This document shows, one piece after another, positions 47,666 through 55,873 of a DNA stretch of 64,000 bases; position 1 is the first letter of the stretch, and each line of letters opens with the position of its first letter. Below the pieces are notes generated by a model. That model did not search any database. It was not told where the DNA came from and saw only the letters and a list, made by a program, of their open reading frames with translations. Made by a program: the position numbers and the translations under genes. Source of the stretch: Candidatus Aenigmatarchaeota archaeon (lineage in GTDB: Archaea; Aenigmatarchaeota; Aenigmatarchaeia; JACPZZ01); the NCBI GenBank assembly GCA_043801595.1, contig JAZDLW010000022.1:26812-90811 (forward strand), written 5' to 3'.

Positions 47666-48933
47666 CTCGGTTTTACATAACCCCAGTGTTTCAACGCTTC
47701 CGAAAGCTCGGCGTGAGTTTTTGAATATTCGTCCAGCGTTACGCCTTTCGTTGTCGCATCTATAGACTGTCGGAATGCCATTGCGCCTTTTTTCGTTCCG
47801 CTCGGATGTCCATGAATACCGCCGCCAGCCTGCACTACGACATCGTTACCGAGTATCCCTATCACATATGGAATTAATCCCGGATGAAGACCGCCCGACG
47901 ATACGGGCATAACAGGCTTTGCGCCGTACCAGTTTTGTTTTAAAATCCTTTCTGAAACATCGTTTGTGATCTTGTCATGAATATTCATCACTTCGCTTTT
48001 CGGCGAAACCAGTTTTCCGACAACAGTGCCGATGTGCAACTGGTCCACGCCTACGATGCGTGCGATCGTAGAGATCATAAGCATTGAGATACCGTGTTTC
48101 GGATTGCGGTCCATTGCAGCGTGCATTGCCCTGTGCATATGGACGACGAGACCAAGATCGCCGCATTCATCCCTTAGTGTTTGTACAGCGGACCAGCCGA
48201 CCGTAAGGCCGTCGACCATGACATACTCGCCGCCGTATTCCTTGACAAGCTTTGCGCGCCTTATCATTTCGTTGGTCTCGGCGCTGACATTGACGAGATA
48301 TGATTTCTTTTCGCCGGTTTTTTTCTCCGCCAAATCGCGCATTCTGAAGCTTTTTTTAATGCGCTCCTCAAACTTGTTGAATTTTTGCGACGACAGGTTT
48401 TCGTCGTCCTTTAGAAGGTCTATTCCGCCGATCCACGCGTCGTAGCCTGTTCTCGCATGCTCGTTTGAGGTCATTCCGACTTTCGGTTTCGGCACTGTTG
48501 CGGTTAACGGACGATCGTAAACGTTAAAAATTTTTCTTATACCATTTATCCCGAACTGCGGGCCGTCGAATGATTTAATGATCGACCTTGGCCACGCGAC
48601 GTCTTCAAGTCGCAAACCGTTTAACGCCTTCATCCCGAACACGTTTCCGGCGATTGATGACAAAATCTGCGGCATGTTTGAAGGCTCGAACAAATCAACA
48701 GGATATGCGATCTTAACGTAATCTTTCTTGATATCAAACGCCTTTGCGGAAAGTTTTCTTATGCGTTCATTGTCAATAGCGACGCCTGTCCATGTGCCGT
48801 TGCTGCTTTCGGACGCAACGTGACCAATCGCGTTTCTCATTGTTATCCCTCTTGCGGGCTGCACGCGGAACAAACACACTAGATCGTTTTTGCCAGGTTT
48901 GTATGTAAGATCCACGAAATCAAGATAATTCAT
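47662..48933 (-). CDS. rbcL: Form III RuBisCO large subunit
   Basis: ESSNGTW, KPKVG, GIDLLKDDE, HRAMH, GTVVGKL, SSGGLHPG, GGGIHGHP. Confidence 0.96.
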   Translation of the reverse strand: MNYLDFVDLTYKPGKNDLVCLFRVQPARGITMRNAIGHVASESSNGTWTGVAIDNERIRKLSAKAFDIKKDYVKIAYPVDLFEPSNMPQILSSIAGNVFGMKALNGLRLEDVAWPRSIIKSFDGPQFGINGIRKIFNVYDRPLTATVPKPKVGMTSNEHARTGYDAWIGGIDLLKDDENLSSQKFNKFEERIKKSFRMRDLAEKKTGEKKSYLVNVSAETNEMIRRAKLVKEYGGEYVMVDGLTVGWSAVQTLRDECGDLGLVVHMHRAMHAAMDRNPKHGISMLMISTIARIVGVDQLHIGTVVGKLVSPKSEVMNIHDKITNDVSERILKQNWYGAKPVMPVSSGGLHPGLIPYVIGILGNDVVVQAGGGIHGHPSGTKKGAMAFRQSIDATTKGVTLDEYSKTHAELSEALKHWGYVKPR

Positions 48934-49838
48934 TGCATCCGTGCTCCTGAAAATTTCTTTTCCATGAAATTTCGTACTGTGCTTGGACGGATCACGCCCA
49001 TTTCCGTTATTATTCCGCTTATGTATTCGGGTGGGACAATGTCAAACGCAGGATTTCTTATTTTTATGCCGTTGATCCTGTTGCTGATTTCGCGCGGCGG
49101 ACGTTCTTCCATTGGTTCGCCAGATCCATCGAGCGTTGCAGGATCCATTTTATTCGAGTCGACCGCGACATAAACCGGCACGTTTCGTTCCTTTGCAGCT
49201 AGGGCGATAAGACCTGATCCTATTTTGTTAATTACAGCGCCGTTCGCGGTTACAGCATCTGCTCCGAACATGACCATATCACAATTTTTCATGAACATTC
49301 TTGCTGCGGAATCAATAATCATCGTTGCCGGTATTCTCATTCGTGAAAGATCCTTTGCCGTAAGCCGACCCTGAAAGAGCGGCCTTGTTTCGGCGAATAT
49401 TACCGAGAACTTCTTTCCTGACAGCTTCGCCCTTTTCAGCACTCCCATTACGGTGTTTGAGTGGCAATGCGTGAAAATAACGAAGCCGTTGTGTATCTTG
49501 CCAGCGCCTATTTCCGCTATTCTGTTTGCGGCAGCGTTCATGCTTCGGGATAGGCTGGCGGTTTCATTATGCAGCGTTTTTTTCATGTCGTTCACGGTCC
49601 TGCCTTCGATTGTTTTTAGCAATGTTGCATTCAGGACATTCCTCAGGGCGGGTTCTGTCGGACGGGCCTTTGATATGGACTTTGCCATTTTGCCAAGCTT
49701 TGAAAAAAATAAAGCCCTGTCGTTTGTTTTGACGCTTTTGGAGTAAAGCTCCAGCGCCTTCAAGCCGGCAAGAGCGACATTTTTTGCGCCTTGAATTTCC
49801 AGCTTTTTTATTTTTCTCACCAGTGAACAGCTGTCCAT
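48930..49838 (-). CDS. Ribose-1,5-bisphosphate isomerase
   Basis: IQGA, RPTEP, THCHS, ETRP, GADA, NKIGS, NPAFD; in operon with rbcL and deoA. Confidence 0.93.
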   Translation of the reverse strand: MDSCSLVRKIKKLEIQGAKNVALAGLKALELYSKSVKTNDRALFFSKLGKMAKSISKARPTEPALRNVLNATLLKTIEGRTVNDMKKTLHNETASLSRSMNAAANRIAEIGAGKIHNGFVIFTHCHSNTVMGVLKRAKLSGKKFSVIFAETRPLFQGRLTAKDLSRMRIPATMIIDSAARMFMKNCDMVMFGADAVTANGAVINKIGSGLIALAAKERNVPVYVAVDSNKMDPATLDGSGEPMEERPPREISNRINGIKIRNPAFDIVPPEYISGIITEMGVIRPSTVRNFMEKKFSGARMQ

Positions 49839-49881
49839 GATATTAATTATCGGGCTTCAGATAAAGCTATTTGGAGAAAAC

Positions 49882-50505
49882 ATGGACGATGCAAAAAAAA
49901 GGCTGATACAGAGCCTTAGGGACGGCGGTTATCTTAAAAGCGACAACGTCATACGCGCATTCGAAAAGGTCGACAGGGAAAAATTCATGCTGCCAGCGTA
50001 CAAATCAGCGGCTTACTCGGACTATCCCTTGCCGATACCCGGTTCGGTTACAATGTCCGCGCCGCATATGCACGCTATTGTGCTTGAAGCGTTGGATTTG
50101 AAAAGCGGCGATTCGGTCCTTGAAGTCGGATTCGGTTCGGGAATACTCCTGGCGTATATCAGCGAGATAGTCGGGCGCGGCAAAATCATCGGTACGGAGA
50201 TAAACAATGAAACATACATTTTCGGTGCGCGCAATCTCGAACGTGCTGGTTATAAAAACGTCATACTTTTAAATGTGAGCGGGGCGAACGGCGTGCGCGA
50301 TTATGCGCCATACGACAAAATTGCTGTAAGCGCGGCTGCGAAAAAAATATTGCCGGGATTGGTATCGCAGCTTAACGACGGCGGAAGAATGGTAATACCC
50401 GTGGGAAGGTTTTCACAGGACCTCATGCTCGTTGAAAAAAATCGCGGAAAGGTGACTGAAAAAAATCTCGGTCCTGTTGTATTTGTTACGTTAACGGAAC
50501 CATGA
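49882..50505 (+). CDS. pcm: Protein-L-isoaspartate O-methyltransferase
   Basis: TMSAPHM, LEVGFGSG, APYDKI..SAA, GGRMVIPV. Confidence 0.93.
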   Translation: MDDAKKRLIQSLRDGGYLKSDNVIRAFEKVDREKFMLPAYKSAAYSDYPLPIPGSVTMSAPHMHAIVLEALDLKSGDSVLEVGFGSGILLAYISEIVGRGKIIGTEINNETYIFGARNLERAGYKNVILLNVSGANGVRDYAPYDKIAVSAAAKKILPGLVSQLNDGGRMVIPVGRFSQDLMLVEKNRGKVTEKNLGPVVFVTLTEP

Positions 50506-51507
50506 CCCGAGGCTTTTTTGCGAGTACTGCGACCTCTTTCTCAACGTTTCCAGAACCTTTGCAACACGATCTTCGGAAAACGAGTGTTCTTCGACCATCA
50601 TTTTTTTAATTCCGTCCTCGTCGGTTTTTCTCCACGTTATTTCATATTCATCAGTAACCGGCGGGTTCATGAAAAAATCCATGACGGCAGCCGGATCGTC
50701 GAAGCCAAAATCATTTTCAGTGAATATTTCGCCCATGCTCTTGCTTTTTACAAGCTGCAACGCTTTTTTGGGACCTATGCCCTTTATGCCCTGGTTGAAA
50801 TCGGTTCCGATAAGAATTCCGATTGTTATAAGCTGTTTTTGGTCCAGCCCGAGATTGCCCAACGCCTTTTTCAAATCTATGAGTTCCGGCTTGATTTCGA
50901 TGTACGTTTCCTTTTTCGGAAGCTTTCTTCTGCCGGTTATGGTTAAATTGCGGATCAGCTTCGGCGCGCCGAACAGCAACGCATCATAATCCTGCGAGCC
51001 TGCAGCCCACGCATGGCCATTTTTGACTATGCGTGAAGCCTGCGCCTCAGCTTCGCTTGGCGCCTGTATTACCGGTATTCCCATGAGATCCAGCAGCCTT
51101 TTCGACTCTTCAGCCATTTCCTTTGTAAGGCGCGATGTTGCTGTCGAAGCTTTGCGCGCCCCTTCGATATCACCGCGTTCAAGGGCTTCGGCCACGTTTT
51201 TTTCAGCCTCCGCCTTTATCGCCCTTCTTTTTTCAATGGTCCTGCGCTTGAATTCGGGCGGTATTCCATCGAAAACGTAAACAGGCATTATTCCGGCTTC
51301 CATCAATTTTGCAGTCCTGTAAAACAAACCGGAAAGATGCGAGGTTATGCGGCCTGCGAAATCCATAAGCGGTGTGCCGTCGGGCTGGCGGATGATAGAT
51401 AAAAACTGGTACAGTGAATTGTACGCGTCTATTGCGATTGTTTTGCCTGCCAGGTCGGCTATCGCCAACTGCTTCCTTTCTATTATTTCCGTAATTTGTA
51501 CTCCCAT
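50491..51507 (-). CDS. fen: Flap endonuclease 1
   Basis: MGV, DAYNSLYQFL, YVFDG, APSEAEAQ, SQDYDALLFG, GTDFN. Confidence 0.97.
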   Translation of the reverse strand: MGVQITEIIERKQLAIADLAGKTIAIDAYNSLYQFLSIIRQPDGTPLMDFAGRITSHLSGLFYRTAKLMEAGIMPVYVFDGIPPEFKRRTIEKRRAIKAEAEKNVAEALERGDIEGARKASTATSRLTKEMAEESKRLLDLMGIPVIQAPSEAEAQASRIVKNGHAWAAGSQDYDALLFGAPKLIRNLTITGRRKLPKKETYIEIKPELIDLKKALGNLGLDQKQLITIGILIGTDFNQGIKGIGPKKALQLVKSKSMGEIFTENDFGFDDPAAVMDFFMNPPVTDEYEITWRKTDEDGIKKMMVEEHSFSEDRVAKVLETLRKRSQYSQKSLGSWFR

Positions 51508-51560
51508 GACCAATTTTTGGGCATATAGATATTAAAAAACTTTGATCGCCAATTAATATC

Positions 51561-52364
51561 ATGGCAAACCCCGTTCACAAGAAAAAAGGCAAAGCCCGAT
51601 CTTTTTCGCCTTCCCTGAATTTTTTGATGGTTGTTGGCGTTACTGTTATTGCGACCATTTCGATGTTTCTTCTTGTAATAGTGGGAAAAACGAGCACGGA
51701 GGATGCGGTATATTGGACGTTATGCTCAATTACCAGCGCGAGTTGTTTCGTAAGTGAGAAATTTTATGCGATTCCCGTTGTAAGGGTGTTCGCACTTATT
51801 AATGGGTCAATATTCATATTAATAATATCGTTTTTAGCGGCGAGCATTGTTGAGAGGATGGGCAGGGTGGACCTGAAGGAAAAATCTGTTAGGAAAAGAC
51901 TCGAAGAATTGAGCGATCATTTTATAATCTGCGGGCACGGAAGAGTGGGAGAAAAGATATCAAGCGTTATGCGCACAAGGGGAATATCTTTTGTGACTGT
52001 TGACAAGGATCCGGAGACGATAAAGGAATTGAACGAGTTGGGAGGTCTTACGGTTGAGGGCAATGCGCTTGATTCCCGGGTTTTGGAAAGGGCGGGAATA
52101 AGAAAGGCGAAGGGTCTGATAGCAGGGCTAAATACGGATTCGGATAACATATCGCTCGTGCTCACGGCAAATGATATAAATCCCAATTTACTTATCGGCG
52201 CGCGCGCGGATTCCGAGGCTGCGATAAGACGATTACACAGGGCTGGTGCGGAAATAGTCGTGCTGCCGGAGGTTGTCGGAGGCTTGCAGCTTGCCAAAGA
52301 AATACTTGAATTAGAGGACATGGAATCGCATGATATGGTCAGCCGCAAGAGCAATAACCCTTAA
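51561..52364 (+). CDS. 2-TM channel-like protein with TrkA-N/RCK domain
   Basis: HFIICGHGRVG NAD-binding motif; TM-pore-TM layout, but no TVGYG. Confidence 0.75.
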   Translation: MANPVHKKKGKARSFSPSLNFLMVVGVTVIATISMFLLVIVGKTSTEDAVYWTLCSITSASCFVSEKFYAIPVVRVFALINGSIFILIISFLAASIVERMGRVDLKEKSVRKRLEELSDHFIICGHGRVGEKISSVMRTRGISFVTVDKDPETIKELNELGGLTVEGNALDSRVLERAGIRKAKGLIAGLNTDSDNISLVLTANDINPNLLIGARADSEAAIRRLHRAGAEIVVLPEVVGGLQLAKEILELEDMESHDMVSRKSNNP

Positions 52365-52389
52365 TTTTATAGGACGACAATTTCTAAGC

Positions 52390-52527
52390 ATGGAAAAGAT
52401 GCTTGTTTGCCAGAGTTGCGGGCGTGTTGCGACATTGATGAACTGTGTTGTGTGTCATTCATCGGTTTGCAGCGATTGTATAAGGCAGTACGGTTGCAAA
52501 ATCTGCGCCGGAAGAAAAACAGCTTAG
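52390..52527 (+). CDS. Small Cys-rich zinc-finger protein
   Basis: Four CxxC pairs in 45 aa. Confidence 0.55.
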   Translation: MEKMLVCQSCGRVATLMNCVVCHSSVCSDCIRQYGCKICAGRKTA

Positions 52528-52781
52528 AAAAGCATGCGGTTTACTTCGATTATTTCAGCCTCAGACACGCCTTTTATCTGTTTGACGGCTTTTTCAATTG
52601 CGTCCGGGCCGCCTTCCGCATCAGGGACTATGAAATACGCCTTAACCGCACTGAGCCCGAATGCCAGCGGTTCCTCCTCTGTTTTCTTGGAACCAAGCTT
52701 TACAAGCGCGACCTTGATGCTTTCCAAATCCGTATCAGTGCCATCGGGCATCACACGAAAAAGAATCATTACATTTCCCAT
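52524..52781 (-). CDS. ef1b: Elongation factor 1-beta
   Basis: FRVMPDG, EEPLAFGLSAVK; adjacent Zn-ribbon gene. Confidence 0.92.
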   Translation of the reverse strand: MGNVMILFRVMPDGTDTDLESIKVALVKLGSKKTEEEPLAFGLSAVKAYFIVPDAEGGPDAIEKAVKQIKGVSEAEIIEVNRMLF

Positions 52782-52800
52782 TAAAATCGTCCTCGCAGAT

Positions 52801-52870
52801 TGAAGCATGTGCTCCGTGACTAGACGCATACATGGTATGCGTCAGTTTCCGTTGCACATGTTTCTAGCTG
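52801..52870 (+). repeat. Nested family B hairpins (inner copy 52820..52845, reverse)
   Basis: TGAAGCATGTGC...GCACATGTTTC-TAGCTG enclosing CTAGACGCATAC-ATG-GTATGCGTCAG. Confidence 0.65.
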
Positions 52871-52873
52871 TAT

Positions 52874-53068
52874 CTACGGCCCTATAAAGCCGCACTTTGA
52901 GCATTTGTATTTGTTGCTAAGGTCTTTGCACTTCTTGCAGCGGCTTATTACCTCGTCGCCGCAATTCGGGCACGGAAACTCCACAAATGTCTCGGCATAG
53001 GCCAACACAGAGCCGCATGTGCCGCATAATTTTTTTGCCGACTCCTGAATATTGACCTGTTGCTCCAT
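52874..53068 (-). CDS. Zn-ribbon protein (DUF1610 family)
   Basis: CGTC..FPCPNCG..RCKKC..YKCSKCGFIGP; upstream of ef1b. Confidence 0.88.
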   Translation of the reverse strand: MEQQVNIQESAKKLCGTCGSVLAYAETFVEFPCPNCGDEVISRCKKCKDLSNKYKCSKCGFIGP

Positions 53069-53154
53069 GTTATCGTATTACTTATCCGAGACGATGTATT
53101 TAAGCCTTTTCTTTTAAAGAAAAGAAAAGCGATATAATGCCTGTATAATGAATA

Positions 53155-53304
53155 CAGCGAAAATCCGACGATTTCAACGAAAACCATTAGGTTTCAACGA
53201 AAAACCGAAGTTTTTCGTGCATGGGAAAATTCGATTTTTCCATGTCGTGTATAGGAAATCGATGATTTTCTATGTCGCGAATAGAAAACCTGTGGTTTTC
53301 TATT
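53155..53304 (+). mobile_element. Three nested family A elements (50+50+50 nt; inner 53195..53244, middle 53175..53274)
   Basis: Sequential removal restores ACGAAAACC-ATTA-GGTTTTCGT, then GCGAAAATC-CGAC-GATTTTCGC. Confidence 0.85.
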
Positions 53305-53307
53305 AAA

Positions 53308-53463
53308 GCTCCTGTGGTCCAGCCTGGACAAGACAAGAGGTTGCGGATAACCTTTTTCCTTTAAAAAGGAAAAACGTTAACGAAAAAGGAAAATTTTGAC
53401 GTTAACGTAAAATAAACGGTTGGCAGATACCTCTAAACCCGGGTTCAAATCCCGGCGGGGGCA
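53308..53463 (+). tRNA. tRNA-Arg(GCG) with 82-nt intron at 37/38 (53347..53428)
   Basis: Acceptor GCTCCTG/CGGGGGC-A; AGAGG-TTGCGG^A-CCTCT; CCGGG-TTCAAAT-CCCGG; strict BHB (UUGC/GCAG helix, GG^A and AU^A bulges). Confidence 0.92.
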
Positions 53464-53468
53464 TATAA

Positions 53469-53954
53469 TTAAAAACTGAATATCCGGAGAATCCAGTGCA
53501 CGCCATAAAATCCTGCCAAAGCCAGGACAACGAGTTTTATCGTGTGGCCGATGTAAGTTGCGACGAAGTATTTTTTCAAATCATATTTCGACAGGCCGCA
53601 TAATACTCCCATAACGTCGAACGGAAACGGCAATGCGCCGAGAAAGATGATAACAAAAAACGGGTTGTATCTTTTCAAGAGATTCTGCACATCTTTTGTT
53701 ATTTTCCTGTTTTTTTTAATTATCATTTTGTGGCCGGCGTAACCGACGAAATAACCTGTCAATTCGCCTATTGCCGCGCCAAGCCCGCCGATCAGGCCGA
53801 CGAGCATCGGATTAAGAATCGAACCGTACAGGAATGCGATTGCCAGACCCGGCACGGGCAGCAGTACGGTCGAATAACTGAGCAGTTCGACCAGGAAAAT
53901 CCCGACATAGCCCCACTGGCTTGCAAGAAGATTGTAAAGCGTTGAAAAATCCAT
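53469..53954 (-). CDS. DedA/VTT-domain membrane protein
   Basis: LPVPG, GAAIGELTGYFVG, PFPFDVMG. Confidence 0.85.
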   Translation of the reverse strand: MDFSTLYNLLASQWGYVGIFLVELLSYSTVLLPVPGLAIAFLYGSILNPMLVGLIGGLGAAIGELTGYFVGYAGHKMIIKKNRKITKDVQNLLKRYNPFFVIIFLGALPFPFDVMGVLCGLSKYDLKKYFVATYIGHTIKLVVLALAGFYGVHWILRIFSF

Positions 53955-53986
53955 AGTATTTATTTCACTTTGTTTTTATTAATCGT

Positions 53987-54499
53987 ATGCCCGACCTTGC
54001 CAGCGTGCTGTGGCTCATACTTCCCGCTTATGTCGCGAACAGCAGCGCGACATTTGCAAAAGGCAGGATCAGCATAGATTTCTCAAAAAAATTTCCTGAC
54101 GGCCGACCGATTTTCGGGGCTGGAAAAACGTTCGAGGGTTTTGCGCTGGGCGTTGCGGTCGGCACGATCGCTGGTTTTTTACAATCGGTTTTGCAGAGCG
54201 CTTACGGAGTTAGCCCTGCGTTCAGCATGAACATTACGATTGCGTTTGCGATGTCGGCTGGAGCGTTGCTCGGTGACATAGCCGGCAGTTTTGTAAAGAG
54301 ACGGTTCGGTTTGAAGAGAGGCGAACCTGTGCCATTGCTGGATCAGCTTGATTTTGTTGCGGGTTCGCTGGTTGTCGCATCGTTCTTTTACGCAATAAGC
54401 TTGGACACAATGCTTGTGCTGGCAATAATAACCCCCGTAATACACTTGGCGGCAAACGTAATCGGATACAAGCTCGGCGTTAAAAAGGAGCCATGGTAA
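53987..54499 (+). CDS. carS: CDP-archaeol synthase
   Basis: PAYVANS, DGRPIFGAGKTFEG, GDIAGSFVKRR, LDQLDF, KKEPW. Confidence 0.93.
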   Translation: MPDLASVLWLILPAYVANSSATFAKGRISIDFSKKFPDGRPIFGAGKTFEGFALGVAVGTIAGFLQSVLQSAYGVSPAFSMNITIAFAMSAGALLGDIAGSFVKRRFGLKRGEPVPLLDQLDFVAGSLVVASFFYAISLDTMLVLAIITPVIHLAANVIGYKLGVKKEPW

Positions 54500-54500
54500 C

Positions 54501-55121
54501 GTGATGAAATCCAGCAGCATGATTGATATTGCCCGCATTGAGAAAATCATCGGAGGGTTATTTTCCAGAATTCCGATGACCCCGAATCAGTGGACTGCCG
54601 CATCGCTGGTTTTCGGAGCGGTCGGCGCAATAATTGTCGTGGCGCAAAAAAGCTTTGCGTATGCGCTCGCGTTTTTTATCATCGCGTTCATAGCGGATTA
54701 TGCTGACGGGGCTGTTGCAAGGTTTCGCCGCAACGAAACGAAACTGGGCGCATATTTCGACGGCATTGCGGACAGGTTTGTGGAGGCGATGATAATAGTA
54801 AGCCTGATGTTTTACGGCGTACCGGATTTTTTAACAGACTCAAGAATATTGCTTGCGTTGCTGCTGTTTATGGCGACGATGACATCGTATTCCCGCGCGT
54901 ACGCCGGCCATAAGAAACTTGTAACCGATCCGAAAAGACTTGTTGCAATGGGCGGAATTCTGGAAAGGTTCGAGCGTGTTTTCGTTCTGCTTTTATCAAT
55001 GCTTGCGTCGCTGTTTTATGGAGCACAGATCATATCATATGCTGCGGCAGCACTGTTATTGTTATCATCGTTAACGGTTTTGCAAAGGATCGCTTATTCG
55101 GCAAAAGAGGGAAGAAAATGA
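54501..55121 (+). CDS. CDP-alcohol phosphatidyltransferase
   Basis: TPNQWT, DYADGAVAR...GAYFDGIADR. Confidence 0.9.
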   Translation: MMKSSSMIDIARIEKIIGGLFSRIPMTPNQWTAASLVFGAVGAIIVVAQKSFAYALAFFIIAFIADYADGAVARFRRNETKLGAYFDGIADRFVEAMIIVSLMFYGVPDFLTDSRILLALLLFMATMTSYSRAYAGHKKLVTDPKRLVAMGGILERFERVFVLLLSMLASLFYGAQIISYAAAALLLLSSLTVLQRIAYSAKEGRK

Positions 55122-55456
55122 AACAAACGATACTCGTACGGACCGATATAAAAATGTCTGTCGGCAAAAAGATTGCGCAGGCGTGCCACGCCTGTGTGGG
55201 CGCGGTCATGGACGCCAACAAGAAAGCCGTTGATGCGTGGAATTCGGCCGGAGCAAAAAAAATCGTGCTTGCCGTAAATGACGGGAAACGATTAACGGAA
55301 TTGTATAAGGGAGCGAAAAAGCTGGGTCTGCCGTGCTTTCTGGTCGCGGATGCAGGATTAACTGAGCTGGAGCCTGGGACGATTACGGCGCTGGCGATAG
55401 GGCCCGCAGACGACAAGCGTATCGATAAACTCACGGGCAACATAAAACTTTTGTAG
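55118..55456 (+). CDS. pth2: Peptidyl-tRNA hydrolase 2
   Basis: KQTILVRTD..M..GK..AQACHA, DAGLTEL.PGT. Confidence 0.95.
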   Translation: MKQTILVRTDIKMSVGKKIAQACHACVGAVMDANKKAVDAWNSAGAKKIVLAVNDGKRLTELYKGAKKLGLPCFLVADAGLTELEPGTITALAIGPADDKRIDKLTGNIKLL

Positions 55457-55464
55457 GCGAATAT

Positions 55465-55872
55465 ATGAAATCTCCAGTTTTAACAGTAGACTCGGTAATC
55501 GAGATAAACGGTAAAATAGTTCTCATCAGGCGGCTTGCGAATTCTTTCAAGGGTTTTTGGGCTCTGCCCGGAGGGTTCGTGGAGTACATGGAGACTGTTG
55601 AGAACGCCGCGATAAGGGAGGCGAAGGAGGAGACCGGATTAAAGATAAAGATAAAGCGGCTCATAGGAGTTTATTCGGATCCGAAAAGAAATCCGGACAA
55701 GAAACACAGGGTCGCGGTGGCATTTGCGGCAGAGAAAATCGGAGGAAAACTGAGAAGCGGCAGCGATGCGGGCGGCATAGGATTGTTTTCCGAACGTGAC
55801 ATGAAAAAGATGAAACTCGCATTCGACCACAACAAGATGATCGGCGATTACTTCAAACAGAGGACGGTTTGA
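55465..55872 (+). CDS. NUDIX hydrolase
   Basis: WALPGGFVEYMETVENAAIREAKEETG. Confidence 0.93.
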   Translation: MKSPVLTVDSVIEINGKIVLIRRLANSFKGFWALPGGFVEYMETVENAAIREAKEETGLKIKIKRLIGVYSDPKRNPDKKHRVAVAFAAEKIGGKLRSGSDAGGIGLFSERDMKKMKLAFDHNKMIGDYFKQRTV

Positions 55873-55873
55873 A

